A stretch of DNA of 64,000 nt. It comes from a virus. Below are positions 19,114-26,653 of the stretch, piece by piece. Each line of letters begins with the position of its first letter. Within the stretch, counting starts at the first letter, position 1. The notes beneath the pieces are model-generated. The model was not told the DNA's origin, did not search any database, and worked only from the letters and a program-made list of their open reading frames with translations. The translations under genes were made by a program, and so were the position numbers. The DNA lies in IMG/VR virus record IMGVR_UViG_3300045922_001133, positions 1,996-65,995 of that record; one strand, given 5' to 3'.

Positions 19114-20133
19114 TCAGCTCTCCCAGGTGACCGGGTAGCCCGCCGCCTCGAGGTACTCGAGCGCGCGGACGTCGACGGCGCTGTCAACGTCGATCGCCGC
19201 GGCGACCTTCTCGCTCTCGCCGAGCAGGTCGAGGGTGTGAACCGCAGCGACCCTCTCGGCCGCCTGATCCAGGTCCCAGCCTGCCTCGGCTGCCTTCTCG
19301 ACCGCCGCCACGAGCGCGAGCTCGTCGATGGCGCTCGACTCCTTCTTCCGGCCCGCGTACATCGCCGCGCCGGCGCCAGCCGCCGCCGCGCCCGCAGCGC
19401 CGAGACCCGCGCGCGTCATCGTGACCTTCTTGGCCTCCGACTTCGCCGCCGGCACGTACTTCTTCGCGAGCGCCTGCCAGCCTGTCTGCGTGCTCGAGCC
19501 GCGCTCCTTCGCCTCGCGGGCGGAGCGGATCGCGGTCTCGGCCCTGGCCTTGAGATCCTTCGCCTTCGACCCGGTGACGAGCTCGTCGACGCGCTTGGCC
19601 GCGTCGCCGCCGTAGCGCTTCGCCTTGCCGGCGAGGTACTTGCCCTTGTCGAGCGCCTTGGCGAGCTGCGGGGGCATCGCTGCCTCCTTGCTCTCCTCGA
19701 TCTCCGGGATCTCGCCCGGGTCCATCTCGGCCTCGGCCGAGGCCTCCTTGGAGATCTCGCGGAGCTCGGCGACGAGCGAGTGCGCCATGACCTTACCGAG
19801 GAAGGTCGCCTCGGCCATCTTGGCCATGGCTTCCTTCTTCTCGGCAAGCTCCCGAGCCGCCTCTTCCTTCTTGGCGTCCCCGTCCTCGTCCTCGTCCTCC
19901 TTGTCATCCTCGCCCGCGGTCTTCTCGTAGCCGTCGAACGTGGCGTTCCAGAGGGTGGCGATCTGGTCCTCGGAGAGCTTGTCGAGGTCAATGCCGTTGT
20001 CCGCCGCGAGCTTGCAGAAAAGCTCCATCTGGGCGGTCTTCTCCGCCTCGGCGTCGGGGGCATCCGTCGTGTCGTTGACGAAAGCGGTCTTGGTGTTGCC
20101 GAAGTACTCGGCGAGGAACTGGTCCATGGCCAT
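19114..20133 (-). CDS. scaffold-like acidic protein with a basic internal insert
   Basis: 339 aa; acidic helical flanks with EKTAQ, EKTAG, KEASA, EKVAA; central basic Gly/Ala segment. Confidence 0.6.
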   Translation of the reverse strand: MAMDQFLAEYFGNTKTAFVNDTTDAPDAEAEKTAQMELFCKLAADNGIDLDKLSEDQIATLWNATFDGYEKTAGEDDKEDEDEDGDAKKEEAARELAEKKEAMAKMAEATFLGKVMAHSLVAELREISKEASAEAEMDPGEIPEIEESKEAAMPPQLAKALDKGKYLAGKAKRYGGDAAKRVDELVTGSKAKDLKARAETAIRSAREAKERGSSTQTGWQALAKKYVPAAKSEAKKVTMTRAGLGAAGAAAAGAGAAMYAGRKKESSAIDELALVAAVEKAAEAGWDLDQAAERVAAVHTLDLLGESEKVAAAIDVDSAVDVRALEYLEAAGYPVTWES

Positions 20134-20163
20134 GATCTTGTCCTGTTCTAGATGGGGGTTCGG

Positions 20164-23100
20164 TCACGTGTTCCTCGAGGGGAATCCCCTCTCCACGCCG
20201 GCTCTCGCCTGTTTGGTATCGGGTTCAGCCTGCTCGTCAATGAAGGCCCGATTGAGGTACTCCACCGAGAGCGGACTGAAGACTTCTTCTGGGCTCGCAC
20301 TGGAAAGCTTACGGAACTCGGACGCCGAAGAGGAAGAGACCCCCTTCAACAAGTCCTGCGTGTGAGCTGTTAGTTCCATGAGCTGATCGCGGTACGAGTT
20401 GTACGCAGCACCAATCTTACGCAGCAGATCAGAAGAAAGGGAAGAACACCCCCTCTTCTCCTTGGGCGCTGAAGTGATGCCCCAGAGCAGCCGACGCTCG
20501 AGGGCTGGAGCGATGGCAGACCGCTCCATCAAGAAGGGCAGGAGCAGTCGAACAAGAGCGGGGATGAAGTCCTTCGAATCGAGCTTCAACGGCGCTCGCT
20601 CGTGCGTCTTCGGGAACACCTCGCCCAGCATGTCGAGCTCGTCGGCGACGTCGGGAGCACCGAGCTGCACGAGGATGATGCGCTGGAACTCGCGCGGTCG
20701 AAGAACGATGCCGAGGCCGCCCGTCGACGCGAGAGCGCCCTTCAAGTCGCCCCGGCCCATCAGGTTCAAGAGGTCCCGGGGTAGATCCTGCTCGGCCGCG
20801 TTGAGCGCTGGGATCGCCTTGCCCGCGAACTGCGAGGGGATGACGTCCTTGATGATCTCGCTCTTCTTCGCCTTCGCGTTCTTCCCGAAGGCGGCCTCGA
20901 AGACGAGGTCTTCGAGCGCAGACGCAGTCTTCACCTGCGACGGCTCTTCGCTGTAGCCGAGCTTCTCGGCCATCTCGGCGCTCGGGCCGATGTCCCAGAA
21001 GGCGCTCGGACCGGAGGCGATCTTCATCATCGTCTTGGCCGTCTTGTCGGCGCCGATGAAGACGAACGAGATGTCGAAGAAGCGCGGGTAGTCGTTGTAG
21101 ACGAAGACCTTCCTGCCGTCGGGCAGGATGCGGTTCATCTGCTTCTTGGCGTGGTCGCAGTTGTGCACTGCGTACGAGCCGGCAACGTACGAGTGGTCGT
21201 CCTCGACCTCGAAATTGTAAAGCGGCCCGTCGTACTCCTCGTAGGTCAGCTTGCGAATCGACGTCGCGAGGTAGCCGTTCCAGAGAAAGAGCTTCGATTG
21301 CTGGGCGACTTCTTGCTGCCGTCGCCCTTCGCGGATGGCGAGAGCGGCATCCCCCGAGAAGCTGACGTACCAGATGGTTTGGTCCCCGTAATTGGTTCGA
21401 CGGGCATAGCGGTGAAGCGAGCCGACGACGCCGCAACAGGCGGCGAGAAGCTGCATCTGCTTGGCGAGTTCAAGTGAAGAGGTCGCGACGCGCAACACAC
21501 CCTTGCGCTCATCGTAAGAACCATCGCCGACGGCCCAACCGCGGAGGACCTGATGACAGAACGCCTGCCCCATCTGCCAGACAGCAGGAGACAGGGACTT
21601 GGTACGGCTACCCCTGCCTCCATGCTGCAGTAGCCACTCCGCGACGCGACGGCTGTTGATGCGTAGCTCAAGCGCGTTCTTGTCGCTGTAGGCACGGTAC
21701 TTCTCCGTACACCCCGGGTCCATCGCCTTAGCCGCCAAAGCTGCCTCTTCGAGCAGACTTCTTTCCGAGCCATGGACGGTGAAGCGAACCGACTTGGGGT
21801 AGGTGACACCTGTACTGAAGTTGACGCCGCCCTCGGCCAGGTAGAGCCCGAGCAGGAAGCCGTACGCCGCATCCATCGGCGATTCGTCGGTTAGGCGCGG
21901 TAGGGGGCACAGCACAATGTCCCCTACCTGCAGGTCACCTGCATGGACCCAATCAAGGCGCTCTTGCAGGCTCTGCTCTCGCGCCTTCTTCTTGCGAGGC
22001 CTGGCTGAGAGGAACGGGTGGTTGTCCGTGGCTTGGACAGGCAAAAATCCCCAGGCGTCGATGCCAACGAGTACCGACGGACCCCTACTCGGCAGTAGCT
22101 GCGTGACCGGTTTGCCTACGCCCTTGTGTGTCAGGACTTCGTCGCCGACGTTGATGTCCTCGATGTTCTTGGTTGACCCATCCGCTAGCAGGATCGGGGT
22201 ACCCGGCGGGAAACAGTAGTCCGCGCGCGTGATGGAGAGACCACGGATCTTGTGCTTGTTCTTGTGGAAGGCGAGGACGGCTTCGCCCGGGTGCTTATGC
22301 TTCTTCGGGTCGAACGTCGCCTGCGCCTCGCGATAGAGCTTCCAGTCGAGGCAGATCGAGCAATTGTGAACTGCCCGACCCTCCGCTACGTAGCTCTCGT
22401 CCCGGTCGACGGAGAGGTTGAAGACCTCGACGTCGCCGTCAAGTTCCTCGACAGCCTTTACTGGCGTGAGCCAGTACCCGTTCCAGAAGAAAGACTGCGG
22501 AGATTCCCACCCGACATCGACTGGCGTGACCTTCGTAGAGCGCCCCAAGAACTTCTGACTTTGGGCAGTCGACAGGACGAGGTACCAGAACTCCGAGTTC
22601 ACACCGAAACTGGAGTTCGTGCCGGCGAAGCACACGGTCGCCGTGATGCCCTCCGACAACAGAAGTCGCTGAACGTCGAGCAGAAGTCCTCGATTCACCG
22701 ATGCGATACGGATCTGACCCCTCGCATCGAAGGAACCATCCGTATCGATGTACCCCGCGACGAGCTCGAGCTTCGCTTCACGAGACCAGTAGAACACCTC
22801 CTCGTTGAGGTGCTTCCCGTGAGATGTGCGCCCGCCCCACTTCTGGAGCCACGCCGCGAGGGACTGATCGTACACCGAAACGATGTGCGCCTTTCGATCA
22901 TTACCCGCGTCGTAGACGTTGGGCTCGTTCGCAGCACCAGCCTCGACAATCGTACGAAAAAGACGCTGAAGATGCGCGGTCTCCTCTGAACCAACCGAGA
23001 ACCCGAAACCCACATCCCGGTAGTCGCCGTCTTTCCTCTTTCCCGTGCGCTGCCGGATGATGTAGCCGTCGCCGAGGTAGTAGCCGAGGAGACGTGCTTG

Positions 23101-24063
23101 TGCGGGCGTGACGTCATACTCCGCACGCCTCGTTGAGGGCACCGGAGTAGCGAGGTAGTCCCCAGGCTTCAGCGTCTCAGCGGCGGCCCAGACGAGCTCG
23201 AACTCGGGCGCCTTTCCGCACCGCTTGCACGTTGCGCTGTCCGAGAAAGAATGCCGGAGCCTGTTCCCGTTCGCCGAGCCCTTGCACGTGCGCACCTGTT
23301 CTCGGCGAAGGACCAGGAACGGGTGGTTGTCCGTGGCGTCGATACGGGGAAGACCGGATGCGGTGATGCGGACGAGGCCCTCGGCCTCCCGACGCATCAT
23401 CTGGCGGACCTCCCGGTACGCGCCCGTGTGAGAAAGAACAAAGTCGCCGACCCGAATCTGCTCGATCGGCTTCTGCCCGTCGCGTGTGCGCACCAGCGTT
23501 CCCGCCGGAAAGCACGTATCGTACGGAACTTTGCAGCCCATCGACACGTCCGGGAACATGCCGGCGATGAGCTTGTCCCAGACCTGCGCGCCGCCGTACT
23601 GAAGGCACTTGTCCTTGTCGCAGCGGGTGACGAGCTCGACGCGCTTCATCCTGTCGTTCCACGCCGCGAGCTCCACCTCACCGAACGCGCGCGACGCGTC
23701 CTTGTTCCGGTGGTGGGCGTACGGGTGGGCGAAGTAGAACGTCGGGAAGCCGTACGGCCAATCCTTCGCGCGGATCTTGTCGATAACCGGGTTGCCGTCC
23801 CACCTGTCGGGGCGGTGCATGAGCGCCGCCTCGGGAAAGTAGTCGCCGTTGATGTTCGAGCCGAAGTACTCGCCAGCCCCCATCGCGTTGACGAGGTTGT
23901 AGACGGCATCCGGGCGAGGCCGGAGGCTGTCGATGTACCGGACGACTTCGGGCAGCAGGGAGCTGGCGGTCTTCTCCAGCGCCCCGTCTGTGGTGCGGTT
24001 GAAAAGCGGGACAACGGTGGGCCCCGCTTCCGTCTCCCCTCGAAAGAAGCTGACCTTCAGCAC
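20164..24063 (-). CDS. putative prohead (capsid maturation) protease, with two inteins
   Basis: 1299-aa precursor, 563 aa after removing inteins; GEYFGSNINGDYF...YAHH...DVSMGCKVPYDT|CSIC...Y|CDH...FFDISFVFIGADK; first gene of the protease-scaffold-MCP cluster. Confidence 0.65.
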   Translation of the reverse strand: MLKVSFFRGETEAGPTVVPLFNRTTDGALEKTASSLLPEVVRYIDSLRPRPDAVYNLVNAMGAGEYFGSNINGDYFPEAALMHRPDRWDGNPVIDKIRAKDWPYGFPTFYFAHPYAHHRNKDASRAFGEVELAAWNDRMKRVELVTRCDKDKCLQYGGAQVWDKLIAGMFPDVSMGCKVPYDTCFPAGTLVRTRDGQKPIEQIRVGDFVLSHTGAYREVRQMMRREAEGLVRITASGLPRIDATDNHPFLVLRREQVRTCKGSANGNRLRHSFSDSATCKRCGKAPEFELVWAAAETLKPGDYLATPVPSTRRAEYDVTPAQARLLGYYLGDGYIIRQRTGKRKDGDYRDVGFGFSVGSEETAHLQRLFRTIVEAGAANEPNVYDAGNDRKAHIVSVYDQSLAAWLQKWGGRTSHGKHLNEEVFYWSREAKLELVAGYIDTDGSFDARGQIRIASVNRGLLLDVQRLLLSEGITATVCFAGTNSSFGVNSEFWYLVLSTAQSQKFLGRSTKVTPVDVGWESPQSFFWNGYWLTPVKAVEELDGDVEVFNLSVDRDESYVAEGRAVHNCSICLDWKLYREAQATFDPKKHKHPGEAVLAFHKNKHKIRGLSITRADYCFPPGTPILLADGSTKNIEDINVGDEVLTHKGVGKPVTQLLPSRGPSVLVGIDAWGFLPVQATDNHPFLSARPRKKKAREQSLQERLDWVHAGDLQVGDIVLCPLPRLTDESPMDAAYGFLLGLYLAEGGVNFSTGVTYPKSVRFTVHGSERSLLEEAALAAKAMDPGCTEKYRAYSDKNALELRINSRRVAEWLLQHGGRGSRTKSLSPAVWQMGQAFCHQVLRGWAVGDGSYDERKGVLRVATSSLELAKQMQLLAACCGVVGSLHRYARRTNYGDQTIWYVSFSGDAALAIREGRRQQEVAQQSKLFLWNGYLATSIRKLTYEEYDGPLYNFEVEDDHSYVAGSYAVHNCDHAKKQMNRILPDGRKVFVYNDYPRFFDISFVFIGADKTAKTMMKIASGPSAFWDIGPSAEMAEKLGYSEEPSQVKTASALEDLVFEAAFGKNAKAKKSEIIKDVIPSQFAGKAIPALNAAEQDLPRDLLNLMGRGDLKGALASTGGLGIVLRPREFQRIILVQLGAPDVADELDMLGEVFPKTHERAPLKLDSKDFIPALVRLLLPFLMERSAIAPALERRLLWGITSAPKEKRGCSSLSSDLLRKIGAAYNSYRDQLMELTAHTQDLLKGVSSSSASEFRKLSSASPEEVFSPLSVEYLNRAFIDEQAEPDTKQARAGVERGFPSRNT
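21160..22215 (-). mobile_element. intein 2 in the protease (LAGLIDADG, 352 aa)
   Basis: Starts CFPPGTPI, ends YAVHN, +1 Cys; block B TDNHPF; LLGLYLAEGG and LRGWAVGDGS. Confidence 0.93.
22363..23514 (-). mobile_element. intein 1 in the protease (LAGLIDADG, 384 aa)
   Basis: Starts CFPAGTLV, ends RAVHN, +1 Cys; TDNHPF; LLGYYLGDGY and VAGYIDTDGS. Confidence 0.93.
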
Positions 24064-24067
24064 GGGA

Positions 24068-24685
24068 TTACTGCTGCCCGCCGGCCGGGCCGCCCTGCCG
24101 CCGTCCGAAGTGAGAGAGCGGCCGCTGTCCGAAGTGAGAGCGCGCGACCGGGCCGTCCTGCTGCTGCTGCTGCTGCTGCTGCTGTACAGAGTGAGAGCGC
24201 GCGCCCGGGCCGCCCTGCTGCTGCCGTTGTACGAAGTGAGAGCGCGCGACCGCGCTCGCGTCGTCCGCCAAGCGATCGATAAGCGAGGGGAACGCGTCGC
24301 GGTGGCTGAGGGTCTGGGCGAGGATGCCGCCCGCGTTCATCGGGTTCTCGACCATCTGACGCATGTACGTCCCGGCGACGATCGGGTCCCTCGCGAACGC
24401 CGGGTTCATCGTGTGGAGCGACGTGAACATCTGGTTGAAGCGGCGCGGGTCCGCCTGATGATAGTCGTGCAGGTCGGGGTTGTACTCGAGCATCTGCTTG
24501 AACGCGCGGGACTTCGTCGCCGCGTTCAGGAGCGCCTTCGCGGCGATGGCGCCCACGCCGATCGTGGCGGTGGCGGCCCCGGCGCCGAGGCCATGGACCA
24601 TCGCCTTGCCGAACTGATCATGGAAGCCCGCGGTCTTCTCCGCGGGGCCGAACTCTTCGAGGAACTCGTCGACCGGCGTGCTCAT
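24068..24685 (-). CDS. hypothetical virion protein with a hydrophobic segment and repetitive Gln-rich tail
   Basis: 205 aa; EKTAG leader; GLGAGAATATIGVGAIAAKALL; C-terminal ARSHF repeats. Confidence 0.7.
   Translation of the reverse strand: MSTPVDEFLEEFGPAEKTAGFHDQFGKAMVHGLGAGAATATIGVGAIAAKALLNAATKSRAFKQMLEYNPDLHDYHQADPRRFNQMFTSLHTMNPAFARDPIVAGTYMRQMVENPMNAGGILAQTLSHRDAFPSLIDRLADDASAVARSHFVQRQQQGGPGARSHSVQQQQQQQQQDGPVARSHFGQRPLSHFGRRQGGPAGGQQ
24084..24252. repeat. four imperfect copies of AGTGAGAG(A/C)GCG interleaved with (CTG)n tracts
   Basis: Copies near 24105, 24129, 24184 and 24229; encode ARSHF/RPLSHF and poly-Gln on the minus strand. Confidence 0.85.
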
Positions 24686-25926
24686 CAGTAGCCTCCCATC
24701 CCGCCGTAACCCTGAGCCTCCATCTGAAGCTCGAGCTCCTTCCGGTTGTATTCCGGCGTGCCCGGGACCGCGCCGAGCACGGTCCGCTTCACGCCCTGGA
24801 ACATGGGGTCGTACTTCAGGGTCCGGCGGTAGGTCTCGTGCGCGCCGATGGCGGGCGCCGCGTAGACCATGCCCTTGGCGATGGTCCCGAGGGCCTTGCC
24901 CTTGCCCTCGCCCAGGAGCTTCTCGCCGAGCACCGCGCCCCCGTGCCCGGCCTTGTTCGCCGCGCGCTGGAGCAGGTTGAGACCCTGCGGGAGAAGACCC
25001 TCCTTGCCCGCGTGCTTCAGAACCTCGTTCACCTCGATGAGGCCTTCGCCGGTCGCCTGCTGGATCTCGCGCGTCTCGGCGAGCTTGGAGAGGACCTCGC
25101 AGAGGTCCTTGAAGTCGGCGACGAGCGGGTGCTCCTCGTTCGGAATGCCGACGTGGGCGACCTTCTGGAGTGACTCGGCGACGGCCTCACCGTTCGCGAA
25201 GACGCCGTTCTCGATGAGCTGCGGGATGATCGCGCGGAAGGCGACCTTCACGTAGGCCTCGCTCGGGGCGAAGCGGTTCCAGATCTCGGCGACCTCGCTG
25301 AGCGCGGTGCCCGAGAGAGCGGCCTGCTTCACGTTGTGGAACGTGCGATCGCGCAGGTCGCTGAACATGTTCTCGAGGGTCGAGAGCTGCGCGGTCGCCT
25401 GCTCGAACGCGCTCGCGAGCTTGTCGCGGAGCTCGATGGTGTTCGCCATCGGCTCGGCGAGGGGGAGCGCGGTCTCCCGGACGCCGAACGCCTCGAAGAG
25501 GAGCGCGTCCTCCGCAGCGGAGGCCGTCTTGTCCCTGGCCGAGCTCGTCTTCTCGGCCGGGGGCTGGTTGTAGTCCCCGGTCCCCGGGTCGAAGACGGAG
25601 CCGCCACCGCCGTCGTTCAGATCCTGGAGAACGACCGCGGGGCTCGCAGGGCCGCCAGGCCCGAAGTCGACGACCTTGCTCGCGGCGCCCTCCTTCCGGA
25701 ATTGCGTGAGGTAAGCTTCGGTGTTCGCGAACTCGATGACGCGCTTCACCTGCTCCGGAGAGAGCCCGGCGTGCTTCACCGTCGCGACGACGGCGTCGTT
25801 CAACGTCTTCGCGCGCCCCTCGCACCAAAGCGACGAGGCCTTCTTGCCCAGAACTTCGAGGTGCTCGCCGGAGACTGCCTTCGCGTTGAGCTGCTGAAGA
25901 AGGCCGTAGTGCGGGAGATCGGACAT
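24685..25926 (-). CDS. hypothetical virion protein rich in K-x-A motifs
   Basis: Start at MSDLPHYG (CAGGAG RBS); 413 aa; KKASS, VKHAG, EKTSS, DKTASA, DKLASA, LKHAG. Confidence 0.7.
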   Translation of the reverse strand: MSDLPHYGLLQQLNAKAVSGEHLEVLGKKASSLWCEGRAKTLNDAVVATVKHAGLSPEQVKRVIEFANTEAYLTQFRKEGAASKVVDFGPGGPASPAVVLQDLNDGGGGSVFDPGTGDYNQPPAEKTSSARDKTASAAEDALLFEAFGVRETALPLAEPMANTIELRDKLASAFEQATAQLSTLENMFSDLRDRTFHNVKQAALSGTALSEVAEIWNRFAPSEAYVKVAFRAIIPQLIENGVFANGEAVAESLQKVAHVGIPNEEHPLVADFKDLCEVLSKLAETREIQQATGEGLIEVNEVLKHAGKEGLLPQGLNLLQRAANKAGHGGAVLGEKLLGEGKGKALGTIAKGMVYAAPAIGAHETYRRTLKYDPMFQGVKRTVLGAVPGTPEYNRKELELQMEAQGYGGMGGY

Positions 25927-25972
25927 TCTGCTCTCCTGGGGACACACAAGAAGTACCATGCGGGAGAAAACC

Positions 25973-26653
25973 ATGGGAAGCACGGACCTGTACGTCACGC
26001 CGGCAGAAGCCGCTGAACTCCTCGGCGTATCCGTGGAGATGGTGCACGTCTACGACCGCAAGCAGCTCCTCGAGGCGTACTACCCAAACGGGCGAAAGGC
26101 CGGGAAGCGATTCCTCGCCGAGGACGTCTACGCGCTCGTCGAGCTCCGGCAGGAGCACAAAGGGGACTTCCTCCGAAGGCTTCCGCAGATCGCGATGCGC
26201 GCGGTCGTCACGAGCCGGCGTGTCGAGAAGCGCCTCGACGAGCTCATGCAGTTCCTGGGGTTGAACGACGTGGTCCTCCCCCTCGACGCCACTTCCATCG
26301 CACTGCTGCACTTCCAGGTCGAGAAGGCACTGGCACAGCCGCGCGTCGAAGACCAGCAGGAGCTTCTCGACTGGGCGAAGAAGCTCCTCGCGATCAACGA
26401 AGAGTACCTCGACCTCGTGAAGCTGCATCTCGGCGACGAGTACCCCTGGAAGCCGTACCTGGACCTGGCGCGGAAGCTCTCGGAGGCATGCGGGGGACGG
26501 CAGCGCAGCTTCCTCGAGCACGCGCGGGCGAACCTCCGGAACGTGGCCTACTTCTACGAGCGCTCGTGGCGCGGGCCGAAGGAGGCCGAGAAGCTGTTCC
26601 CGGGGGAACGCTACTCCGGCCGACTCCTTCGGCGCGTGCTGACGGACGCCTAG
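25973..26653 (+). CDS. MerR/excisionase-type helix-turn-helix DNA-binding protein
   Basis: YVTPAEAAELLGVSVEMVHVYDRKQLL...GKRFLAEDV; GGGAG RBS; antisense to the late block. Confidence 0.75.
   Translation: MGSTDLYVTPAEAAELLGVSVEMVHVYDRKQLLEAYYPNGRKAGKRFLAEDVYALVELRQEHKGDFLRRLPQIAMRAVVTSRRVEKRLDELMQFLGLNDVVLPLDATSIALLHFQVEKALAQPRVEDQQELLDWAKKLLAINEEYLDLVKLHLGDEYPWKPYLDLARKLSEACGGRQRSFLEHARANLRNVAYFYERSWRGPKEAEKLFPGERYSGRLLRRVLTDA

Noticed and set aside
24084-24252. Possible mini-CRISPR array
   Set aside because: Repeats are short and degenerate, spacers are unequal and made of CTG tracts, the array is in frame within a CDS, and no cas genes are present
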